From a virus: 24,417 nucleotides of DNA. A program made the position numbers and the translations under genes. Numbering within the stretch: the stretch's first letter is position 1; each line of letters begins with the position of its first letter. Below are positions 1 to 7,196 of the stretch, piece after piece. Where the stretch lies: UHGV virus genome UHGV-0375912. One strand, 5' to 3'. The notes under the pieces were generated by a model that had not been told where the DNA came from, did no database searches, and worked only from the letters and a program-made list of their open reading frames with translations.

Positions 1-168
1 CCTGGTCAAAAGTTTGCTGTATCTTCCATCAGCATGCCCCTGATAGCACTGTTCCATCAGCGCTTTAAGGCGATAATAGTAGACCTTGTATCCCTGTCGG
101 CAGGCATCGAACTTAAAGGAGAATCAATGCGGAAAATACAATCTCCGTTGACCGAAGGAGATCAGTGA
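1..168 (+). CDS. 3' end of an upstream gene entering from the left edge (partial; occupies the position of the P2 early-operon gene preceding A)
   Basis: Frame 1 is open from the window edge to TGA at 166-168; function assigned only from position in the P2-type early operon. Confidence 0.3.
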   Translation, partial: PGQKFAVSSISMPLIALFHQRFKAIIVDLVSLSAGIELKGESMRKIQSPLTEGDQ

Positions 169-280
169 AGGTAATTTAAAAACGGTTCTGTGAAAGTGAC
201 ACGAACCATCGATGTTATTCAGCGATCTGTTCAAATGTTATTACCCGATCTCGATGGAAGTTATTGAGTGATCTCCTTTC

Positions 281-2221
281 ATGAAAATACGCATTCTGGC
301 AGAGCGTGACCACTATGCGCGCCTGCCGGGAATGAATGACAAGGAGCTGAAAAAGTTTGCCGCCCGTATCTCATCGCAGCTTTTCATGATGTATGAGGAA
401 CTCAGCGATGCCTGGGTGGATGCGCATGGCGAGAAAGAATCGCTGTTTACGGATGAGGCGCAGGCTCACCTCTATGGTCATGTTGCTGGCGCTGCACGTG
501 CTTTCAATATTTCCCCTCTCTACTGGAAAAAATACCGTAAAGGACAGATGACCACGAGGCAGGCATATTCTGCCATTGCCCGTCTGTTTAACGATGAGTG
601 GTGGACTCATCAGCTTAAAGGCCAGCGTATGCGCTGGCATGAAGCGTTACTGATAGCTGTCGGGGAGGTCAATAAAGACCGTTCTCCTTATGCCAGTAAA
701 CATGCCATTCGTGATGTGCGTGCGCGCCGCCAGGCAAATCTGGAATTTCTTAAATCGTGTGACCTTGAAAACAGGGAAACCGGCGAGCGCATCGACCTTA
801 TCAGTAAGGTGATGGGCAGTATTTCTAATCCTGAAATTCGCCGGATGGAGCTGATGAACACCATTGCCGGTATTGAGCGTTACGCCGCCGCAGAGGGTGA
901 TGTGGGGATGTTTATCACGCTGACCGCGCCGTCAAAGTATCACCCGGCACGTCAGGTCGGAAAAGGCGAAAGTAAAACCGTCCAGCTTAATCACGGCTGG
1001 AATGATGAGGCATTTAATCCAAAGGATGCGCAGCGATATCTCTGCCGTATCTGGAGCCTGATGCGCACGGCATTCAAGGATAATGACTTACAGGTCTACG
1101 GTTTGCGTGTCGTCGAGCCACACCACGACGGAACGCCGCACTGGCATATGATGCTTTTTTGTAATCCACGCCAGCGTAACCAGATTATTGAAATCATGCG
1201 TCGCTATGCGCTCAAAGAGGATGGCGACGAAAGAGGAGCCGCGCGAAACCGTTTTCAGGCAAAACACCTTAACCGGGGCGGTGCTGCGGGATATATCGCG
1301 AAATACATCTCAAAAAACATCGACGGCTATGCACTGGATGGTCAGCTCGATAATGATACCGGTAGGCCGCTGAAAGATACTGCGGCGGCTGTTACCGCAT
1401 GGGCATCAACGTGGCGCATCCCGCAATTTAAAACGGTTGGCCTGCCGACAATGGGAGCTTACCGTGAGCTACGTAAATTGCCTCGCGGCGTCAGCATTGC
1501 TGATGAATTTGACGAACGCGTGGAGGCTGCACGCGCCGCCGCAGACAGTGGCGATTTTGCGCTGTATATCAGCGCGCAGGGCGGGGCAAATGTCCCGCGC
1601 GATTGTCAGACTGTCAGGGTCGCCCGTAGCCCGTCGGATGACGTTAACGAATACGAGGAAGAAGTCGAGAGAGTGGTCGGCATTTACGCGCCGCATCTCG
1701 GCGCGCGTCATATTCATATCACCAGAACGACGGACTGGCGCATTGTGCCGAAAGTTCCGGTCGTTGAGCCTTTGACTTTAAAAAGCGGCATCGCCGCGCC
1801 TCGGAGTCCTGTCAATAACTGTGGAAAGCTCACCGGTGGTGATACTTCGTTACCGGCTCCCACACCTTCTGAGCACGCCGCAGCAGTGCTTAATCTGGTA
1901 GATGACGGTGTTATCGAATGGAGTGACCCGGAGGTCGTGATGGCGCTCAGGGGCGCATTAAAACACGGACTGAGAACACCAAATCGTCAGCAAAGAAACG
2001 GAAGCCCGTTAAAACCACATGAAATTGCACCATCGGCCAGACTGACCCGGTCGGAAAGAATGCAAATTACCCGTATCCGCGTTGACCTCGCTCAGAACGG
2101 TATCAGGCCGCAACGATGGGAGCTTGAGGCGCTGGCGCGTGGCGCGACCGTAAATTATGACGGGAAAAAATTCACGTATCCGGTTGCTGATGAGTGGCCG
2201 GGGTTCTCGTTACCCATTTGA
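281..2221 (+). CDS. A: Rolling-circle replication initiation endonuclease (P2 gpA-like)
   Basis: 646-codon ORF with an HUH motif (TPHWHMMLF) and paired catalytic-tyrosine motif (AGYIAKYISK); sits immediately left of the cos-proximal cargo slot as in a P2 prophage. Stop codon at 269-271 rules out an in-frame N-terminal extension. Confidence 0.85.
   Translation: MKIRILAERDHYARLPGMNDKELKKFAARISSQLFMMYEELSDAWVDAHGEKESLFTDEAQAHLYGHVAGAARAFNISPLYWKKYRKGQMTTRQAYSAIARLFNDEWWTHQLKGQRMRWHEALLIAVGEVNKDRSPYASKHAIRDVRARRQANLEFLKSCDLENRETGERIDLISKVMGSISNPEIRRMELMNTIAGIERYAAAEGDVGMFITLTAPSKYHPARQVGKGESKTVQLNHGWNDEAFNPKDAQRYLCRIWSLMRTAFKDNDLQVYGLRVVEPHHDGTPHWHMMLFCNPRQRNQIIEIMRRYALKEDGDERGAARNRFQAKHLNRGGAAGYIAKYISKNIDGYALDGQLDNDTGRPLKDTAAAVTAWASTWRIPQFKTVGLPTMGAYRELRKLPRGVSIADEFDERVEAARAAADSGDFALYISAQGGANVPRDCQTVRVARSPSDDVNEYEEEVERVVGIYAPHLGARHIHITRTTDWRIVPKVPVVEPLTLKSGIAAPRSPVNNCGKLTGGDTSLPAPTPSEHAAAVLNLVDDGVIEWSDPEVVMALRGALKHGLRTPNRQQRNGSPLKPHEIAPSARLTRSERMQITRIRVDLAQNGIRPQRWELEALARGATVNYDGKKFTYPVADEWPGFSLPI
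1796..1815 (+). other. Candidate replication origin nick region inside gene A
   Basis: Sequence GCGCCTCGGAGTCCTGTCAA matches my recollection of the P2 ori nick region, which lies within the 3' part of gene A; recollection, not verified. Confidence 0.35.
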
Positions 2222-2402
2222 GTAAAAACACAACGTGATTTGATATGGCATTGAATGGCTTATGCGGAGCAGTTATGGGGCAGCAGAAGGTCAATAGCAT
2301 GCTGAATTAGAAGGCTAAATGCTATTGAGTGACTAGCATGTCGGTAAGGACAGCCGTTTGATCCGGGTCATAAAAGGCCATCCATTTAGTCTAATAAAAT
2401 CA

Positions 2403-2431
2403 TTGCGGGTAACCTTATGTCGACGCATAAT
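2403..2431 (+). promoter_or_regulatory. Sigma70-like promoter (TTGCGG - 17 bp - CATAAT) for a short plus-strand RNA
   Basis: -35 at 2403-2408, 17-bp spacer, -10 at 2426-2431; predicted start near 2438 coincides with direct-repeat copy 1. Confidence 0.4.
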
Positions 2432-2436
2432 TCGTC

Positions 2437-2451
2437 TTGAGCGAAGTCTTG
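2437..2451. repeat. Direct repeat copy 1 (TTGAGCGAAGTCTTG)
   Basis: 15/15 identical to 2701-2715 in the same orientation. Confidence 0.9.
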
Positions 2452-2513
2452 TCAGTCTTTCATCGTATTGATGATGGGCGCAAAAAAACCACCCTGGCAG
2501 GTGGTTTTTTTGT
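2438..2513 (+). ncRNA. Candidate antitoxin-like small RNA (about 75 nt): promoter, repeat copy 1, shared terminator
   Basis: Promoter at 2403-2431, no ORF with RBS, intrinsic terminator at 2482-2512; would be complementary to the opposite-strand mRNA at the repeat and the terminator stem-loop. Confidence 0.35.
2482..2512. terminator. Bidirectional rho-independent terminator (A7-CCACC-loop-GGTGG-T7)
   Basis: GC stem CCACC/GGTGG (2489-2493 / 2500-2504) with 6-nt loop, flanked by A7 upstream and T7 downstream so a U-tract follows the hairpin on either strand; terminates gene A and the small minus-strand ORF. Confidence 0.8.
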
Positions 2514-2523
2514 TTGAAGCATA

Positions 2524-2637
2524 TTAAAGCATAATGCTGACATTGATATTACTGACGTTTACTGACAAACCACTCGGACTACCGTTTGGATAGCCAAAGA
2601 GGGCCAGAACGAGAATGCAGTAATAGCATTTCTTCAT
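2524..2637 (-). CDS. Small hydrophobic peptide (37 aa, MKKCYYCILVLALFGYPNGSPSGLSVNVSNINVSIML); candidate type I toxin
   Basis: Perfect AGGAGG Shine-Dalgarno (2647-2642), 4-nt spacer, ATG at 2637; hydrophobic N-terminal half and polar tail; stop 12 nt before the terminator hairpin. The ORF track reports a longer 88-aa frame; the SD favours the internal start. Confidence 0.5.
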   Translation of the reverse strand: MKKCYYCILVLALFGYPNGSPSGLSVNVSNINVSIML

Positions 2638-2700
2638 ATTGCCTCCTGTAAGTAGAGGGCAACTTCCACCGGTATATGCGCTTCTTAGGTGGAATGACTT

Positions 2701-2715
2701 TTGAGCGAAGTCTTG
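2701..2715. repeat. Direct repeat copy 2 (TTGAGCGAAGTCTTG), upstream of the small ORF on its coding strand
   Basis: 15/15 identical to 2437-2451. Confidence 0.9.
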
Positions 2716-3115
2716 CCCTGAAATAATGCTCTGTTTAAACGCAAAGTGATTTGGCATATCACCGAACAGAGAGCCGGAAAAACACAACATATAGTATGTC
2801 GTTGTTTCTAGGCATACATTCTATGTTGTGTAACAAGGGCTTTGCATTAAACATGTTTGAGATTTTATTGATGTAGCTCAAAGTAAAAAACAGAGACTAC
2901 GGATGATAAGGTCTTGAAAGCAATGTAAATTTTTTAAAGTTGCCAATTGCTTAAAAATGTACAGTTGCGGTATGGCGTACTTAAAAAGCTATGCATGCAA
3001 CAAGTGAATGTTTTTGCATGCGTTGGGGATGTCCGTTCAGGCGGCGTGCGGTCAGGACTGGTGCGGATCCATAGTATCTATGCAACTGCATTAAAACCGC
3101 CCCGTGAAGCGGGCG

Positions 3116-3134
3116 GGCGAGGCGGGGAAAGCAC
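3116..3134. other. cos: cos site: 19-nt P2-type cohesive end GGCGAGGCGGGGAAAGCAC
   Basis: Exact match to the P2 cohesive-end sequence as I recall it; located about 170 bp from the end of Q, as expected at the prophage old-cos-Q junction. Confidence 0.8.
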
Positions 3135-3276
3135 TGCGCGCTGGCGGTGGTGCTGATTTTATTTTTTCAGCGTCTGAGCGCGTCGTGATGGCGTTTAGAT
3201 TGTTCGCCGGGGCGTTGGTGTGTCTGCGGGCTGTTTTGTGCGGTGGTGAGCGTGTGAGGGCGTGATGGCGGGGTGT

Positions 3277-3298
3277 AAAAAAGCCGCCCGCAGGCGGC
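3277..3298 (-). terminator. Rho-independent terminator after Q (end of the P-Q late transcript)
   Basis: Minus strand reads GCCGCC-TGCG-GGCGGC followed by TTTTTT, starting 5 nt after the Q stop codon. Confidence 0.7.
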
Positions 3299-3303
3299 GA
3301 TGT

Positions 3304-4338
3304 TCAGCCGTTGTCAGTGTCCAGTGAGTAGTTTTTAAAGCGGATGACCTCCTGACCGAGCCAGCCGTTTATTTCCCGAATCCTGTCCTGTAACGGGATT
3401 AGCTCATTGCGGACAAAGACCTTTGCCACTTTCTCAATATCGCCCAGTGACCCGACGTTCTCCGGCTTGCCACCCATCAACTGAAAGGGGATGCGGTGTG
3501 CGTCCAGCAGGTCAGCGGCGCTGGCTTTTTTGATATTAAAAAAATCGTCCTTCGTCGCCACTTCACTGAGCGGGATAATTTTAATGCCGTCGGCTTTCCC
3601 CTGCGGGGCATAGAGAAACAGGTTTTTAAAGTTGTTGCGGCCTTTCGACTTCACCATGTTTTCGCGAAGCATTTCGATATCGTTGCGATCCTGCACGGCA
3701 TCGGTAACGTACATGATGTATCCGGCATGTGCGCCGTTTTCGTAATACTTTCGGCGGAACAGCGTGGCCGACTCATTCAGCCAGGCAGAATTAAGGGCGC
3801 TGAGATATTCCGGCAGGCCGTACAACTCCTGATTAATATCCGGCTCCAGCAGGTGAAACACGGAGCCGGGTGTGAAGGCTGTCGGCTCGTTGAAGGACGG
3901 CACCCACCAGTAAACATCCTCCTCCACGCCACGGCGGGTATATTTTGCCGGTGAGGTTTCCAGTCTGATGACCTTACCGGTGGTGCTGTAACGCTTTTCC
4001 AGAAACGCATTACCGAACACCAGAAAATCCAGCACAAAACGGCTGAAATCCTGCTGGGAAAGCCACGGGTGCGGGATAAACGTTGAAGCCAGAATATTAC
4101 GTTTGACGTAAATCGGTGAGCTGTGATGCACGGCAGCACGCAGGCTTTTTGCCAGACCGGTAAAGCTGACCGGCGGCTCATACCATCTGCCGTTACTGAT
4201 GCACTCGACGTAATCCAGAATGTCACGGCGGTCGAGTACCGGCACCGGCTCGCCAAAGGTGAATGCTTCCATTTTCGGGGCGCTGGCGGTGATTGTTTTT
4301 GCCGCAGGTCGCGGTGTTTTCCCTTTTTTCTTGCTCAT
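3304..4338 (-). CDS. Q: Portal protein (P2 gpQ-like)
   Basis: 344-aa ORF near-identical to the P2 Q protein as I recall it; 1-nt overlap with the P stop codon. Confidence 0.95.
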   Translation of the reverse strand: MSKKKGKTPRPAAKTITASAPKMEAFTFGEPVPVLDRRDILDYVECISNGRWYEPPVSFTGLAKSLRAAVHHSSPIYVKRNILASTFIPHPWLSQQDFSRFVLDFLVFGNAFLEKRYSTTGKVIRLETSPAKYTRRGVEEDVYWWVPSFNEPTAFTPGSVFHLLEPDINQELYGLPEYLSALNSAWLNESATLFRRKYYENGAHAGYIMYVTDAVQDRNDIEMLRENMVKSKGRNNFKNLFLYAPQGKADGIKIIPLSEVATKDDFFNIKKASAADLLDAHRIPFQLMGGKPENVGSLGDIEKVAKVFVRNELIPLQDRIREINGWLGQEVIRFKNYSLDTDNG

Positions 4339-6110
4339 CAGTAAAACTCCAGAATGGTGGATGTCAGCGGAGTGCTGATACCGGCGGTGAGTGGCTCATT
4401 TAACAGGGCGTGCATGGTTGCCCAGGCGAGGTCGGCGTGGCTGGCTTCCTCGCTGCGGCTGGCCTCATAGGTGGCGCTGCGTCCGCTGCTGGTCATGGTC
4501 TTGCGGATAGCCATAAACGAGCTGGTGATGTCGGTGGCGCTGACGTCATATTCCAGACAGCCACGGCGGATAACGTCTTTTGCCTTGAGCACCATTGCGG
4601 TTTTCATTTCCGGCGTGTAGCGGATATCGCGCGCGGCGGGATAGAACGAGCGCACGAGCTGGAACACGCCGACACCGAGGCCGGTGGCATCAATACCGAT
4701 GTATTCGACGTTGTATTTTTCGGTGAGTTTGCGGATGGATTCCGCCTGAGTGGCAAAGTCCATGCCTTTCCACTGGTGACGCTCAAGTATTCTGAATTTG
4801 CCACCGGCCACCACCGGCGGTGCCAGCACCACGCATCCGGCGCTGTCGCCACGGTGTGACGGGTCGTAACCAATCCATACCGGGCGGGAGCCGAACGGAT
4901 TCGCGGCAAACGGCGCATAGTCTTCCCATTCTTCCAGCGTGTCGACCATGCAGCGTTGCAGCTCCTCGAACGGGAACACCGACGCCTTGTCGTCAACAAA
5001 TTCACACATGAACAGGTTTTTAAAATCGTCGGCGCTGTTTTCGCGTTTAAGCTGCTCAATGTCGAACAGCGTGCAGCCACCTTTCAGGGCGTCCTCAATG
5101 GTGACAATCTGCCGCCACTGGCCGTCCGCACAGAGAAGCCCACCGGCAAGGGCGTTATGACTGACGTCGATTTCCACGCGTTCGGCGGCGCTGGCGCGTC
5201 CCCGGTTGAACAGTTCACCCGACCAGAACGGATAGGCGTCGTGCGCCAGCGTGGACGGGGTGGAGAAATAGGTCGAGCGCAGGTGACTCTGTGAGGCCAT
5301 ACCTGATGCCACCTTACGCAGTACCTGAAAATTCGGGATCCAGAAAATCTCATCGACGTACAGGTCGCCGTTATGGCTCTGCGCGGTGTTGGAGTTGGTG
5401 CCGAGAAAAATCAGTTTTGCGCCGTTATTGCCCAGGACAATCGGGTCACCGGTCAGGTCAACGTCAACCAGCCGGGCAAAGGCGATGATGTATTCGCGGA
5501 ACACATACGCCTGCGTTTTACTGGCCGACAGAAAAATCTGGTTATGACCGGTTTTCAGGGCGCGCAGCAGCGCCTCGCGGGAAAAATAAAACGTCGCGCC
5601 AATCTGGCGGGATTTCAGGATATCGCGGATGCGGTGCTCAAGCCCGGCGCGATACCAGTGCAACTGATAGTCGAAAGACTGCTCAAAGAAAATCTGCTCC
5701 AGCTTTTCGATGGCCTCGTCACTGAAAAAATTCTTTTTCGGTTTGCGACGCCCGCCTTTGTTGCGGTTAGCGACGTTCGGATTAAGGTCTGCCTCGTTGC
5801 CGGTCTGACTGTAGCGGTTGACCCGCGCCAGCCGTTCAATCTGGCGTCCCAGCAGGTCAATTTCCTTGAAGTCACCGCCGGTTTTCTGCGGTTTGATGAT
5901 GAGCTGGGTCAGCCGCGCTTCCAGACTCATTTCGACACGGCTGATGGGGGCAACGCTGTCCCAGCCGTCGCGCTGTTTCCAGCTCTGCACCGTCGGGCGT
6001 TTCATCTGCAACATGGCGGCAATCTGCGGCACGGAAAACCCCTGCCAGTACAGCAGCGCCGCCTGACGACGCGGGTCGTGTAAAAGAGTGGTGTCTGTGG
6101 TGATGGTCAT
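4338..6110 (-). CDS. P: Terminase large (ATPase) subunit (P2 gpP-like)
   Basis: ORF track gives 4338-6140; start moved to ATG at 6110 (MTITTDTTLL...) which has a GAGG RBS and matches the P2 gpP N-terminus and 590-aa length. Confidence 0.9.
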   Translation of the reverse strand: MTITTDTTLLHDPRRQAALLYWQGFSVPQIAAMLQMKRPTVQSWKQRDGWDSVAPISRVEMSLEARLTQLIIKPQKTGGDFKEIDLLGRQIERLARVNRYSQTGNEADLNPNVANRNKGGRRKPKKNFFSDEAIEKLEQIFFEQSFDYQLHWYRAGLEHRIRDILKSRQIGATFYFSREALLRALKTGHNQIFLSASKTQAYVFREYIIAFARLVDVDLTGDPIVLGNNGAKLIFLGTNSNTAQSHNGDLYVDEIFWIPNFQVLRKVASGMASQSHLRSTYFSTPSTLAHDAYPFWSGELFNRGRASAAERVEIDVSHNALAGGLLCADGQWRQIVTIEDALKGGCTLFDIEQLKRENSADDFKNLFMCEFVDDKASVFPFEELQRCMVDTLEEWEDYAPFAANPFGSRPVWIGYDPSHRGDSAGCVVLAPPVVAGGKFRILERHQWKGMDFATQAESIRKLTEKYNVEYIGIDATGLGVGVFQLVRSFYPAARDIRYTPEMKTAMVLKAKDVIRRGCLEYDVSATDITSSFMAIRKTMTSSGRSATYEASRSEEASHADLAWATMHALLNEPLTAGISTPLTSTILEFY

Positions 6111-6283
6111 GAATACCTCGCCGTGATGAATACACGGCAAGGCTACTGAGTCGCGCCCCGCGATTCGCTAAGGTGCTGTTGTGTCAGTGATAAGCCATCC
6201 GGGACTGATGGCGGAGGATGCGCATCGTCGGGAAACTGATGCCGACATGTGACTCCTCTAATCACTATTCAGGACTCCTGACA
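6111..6283. promoter_or_regulatory. Divergent late promoter region between P and O; contains CTGTTGTGTCAG (6176-6187) and dyad CCGTG-N7-CACGG (6121-6137)
   Basis: Intergenic region between divergent late operons; heptamer TTGTG(T/C)C recurs upstream of V and FI. Exact promoter elements not resolved. Confidence 0.45.
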
Positions 6284-7138
6284 ATGGCAAAAAAAGTCTC
6301 AAAATTCTTTCGTATCGGCGTTGAGGGTGACACCTGTGACGGGCGTGTCATCAGTGCGCAGGATATTCAGGAAATGGCCGAAACCTTTGACCCGCGTGTC
6401 TATGGTTGCCGCATTAACCTGGAACATCTGCGCGGCATCCTGCCTGACGGTATTTTTAAGCGTTATGGCGATGTGACCGAACTGAAGGCCGAAAAGATTG
6501 ACGATGATTCGGCGCTGAAAGGCAAATGGGCGCTGTTTGCGAAAATCACCCCGACCGATGACCTTATCGCGATGAACAAGGCCGCGCAGAAGGTTTATAC
6601 CTCAATGGAAATTCAGCCGAACTTTGCCAACACCGGCAAATGTTATCTGGTGGGGCTGGCCGTCACCGATGACCCGGCAAGCCTCGGTACGGAATACCTG
6701 GAATTCTGCCGCACGGCAAAACACAACCCCCTGAACCGCTTCAAATTAAGCCCTGAAAACCTGATTTCAGTGGCAACGCCCGTTGAGCTGGAATTTGAAG
6801 ACCTGCCTGAAACCGTGTTCACCGCTCTGACCGAAAAGGTGAAATCCATTTTTGGCCGCAAACAGGCCAGCGATGACGCCCGTCTGAATGACGTGCATGA
6901 AGCGGTGACCGCTGTCGCTGAACATGTGCAGGAAAAACTGAGCGCCACTGAGCAGCGCCTCGCTGAGATGGAAACTGCCTTTTCCGCTCTTAAGCAGGAG
7001 GTGACTGACAGGGCGGATGAAACCAGTCAGGCATTCAGCCGCCTGAAAAACAGTCTCGACAACACCGAAAGTCTGACCCAGCAGCGCCGCAGCAAGGCCA
7101 CCGGCGGTGGCGGTGACGCCCTGATGACGAACTGCTGA
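6284..7138 (+). CDS. O: Capsid scaffolding protein (P2 gpO-like)
   Basis: ORF track starts at 6218; true start taken as ATG at 6284 (MAKKVSKFFRIG...), matching the P2 gpO N-terminus and 284-aa length. Confidence 0.9.
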   Translation: MAKKVSKFFRIGVEGDTCDGRVISAQDIQEMAETFDPRVYGCRINLEHLRGILPDGIFKRYGDVTELKAEKIDDDSALKGKWALFAKITPTDDLIAMNKAAQKVYTSMEIQPNFANTGKCYLVGLAVTDDPASLGTEYLEFCRTAKHNPLNRFKLSPENLISVATPVELEFEDLPETVFTALTEKVKSIFGRKQASDDARLNDVHEAVTAVAEHVQEKLSATEQRLAEMETAFSALKQEVTDRADETSQAFSRLKNSLDNTESLTQQRRSKATGGGGDALMTNC

Positions 7139-7196
7139 CCGGCGTCAGCCAGTCCGGGAAAACCTTCACGATTAACCCTTAATTTCAGGAAAAACT

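Noticed and set aside
1188-1775. Alternative-frame ORFs inside gene A
   Set aside because: Fully nested in the A reading frame, which carries the conserved HUH and tyrosine motifs.
2437-2715. 15-bp direct repeats as target-site duplication of a small inserted element (MITE or cassette)
   Set aside because: 15 bp is longer than typical target duplications, there are no terminal inverted repeats just inside the copies, and the convergent promoter/terminator arrangement gives a simpler functional explanation. Not fully excluded.
2524-2790. 88-aa version of the minus-strand ORF (start at 2790) given by the ORF track
   Set aside because: No RBS at 2790, whereas a perfect AGGAGG precedes the internal ATG at 2637; the upstream 51 codons cross repeat copy 2 and a hairpin, so the 37-codon version is preferred.
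2222-3115. tin/old-like or other protein-coding defence genes, CRISPR array, retron-like RT, tRNA
   Set aside because: No ORF over 40 codons with an RBS besides the small peptide, no regularly spaced repeat array, no tRNA-like cloverleaf; the slot is too small for known protein-based systems.
2947-3156. 69-aa plus-strand ORF
   Set aside because: Spans the cos site and GC-rich cos palindromes, no RBS, Arg/Gly-rich low-complexity translation; considered non-coding.
4410-6135. Multiple 60-236 aa ORFs on both strands inside P
   Set aside because: All lie within or antisense to the well-supported P coding frame; GC-rich antisense frames without RBS.
6218-6283. N-terminal extension of O (ORF track start at 6218)
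   Set aside because: The product matches P2 gpO only from MAKKVSKFF at 6284; the extension lies in the divergent promoter region.
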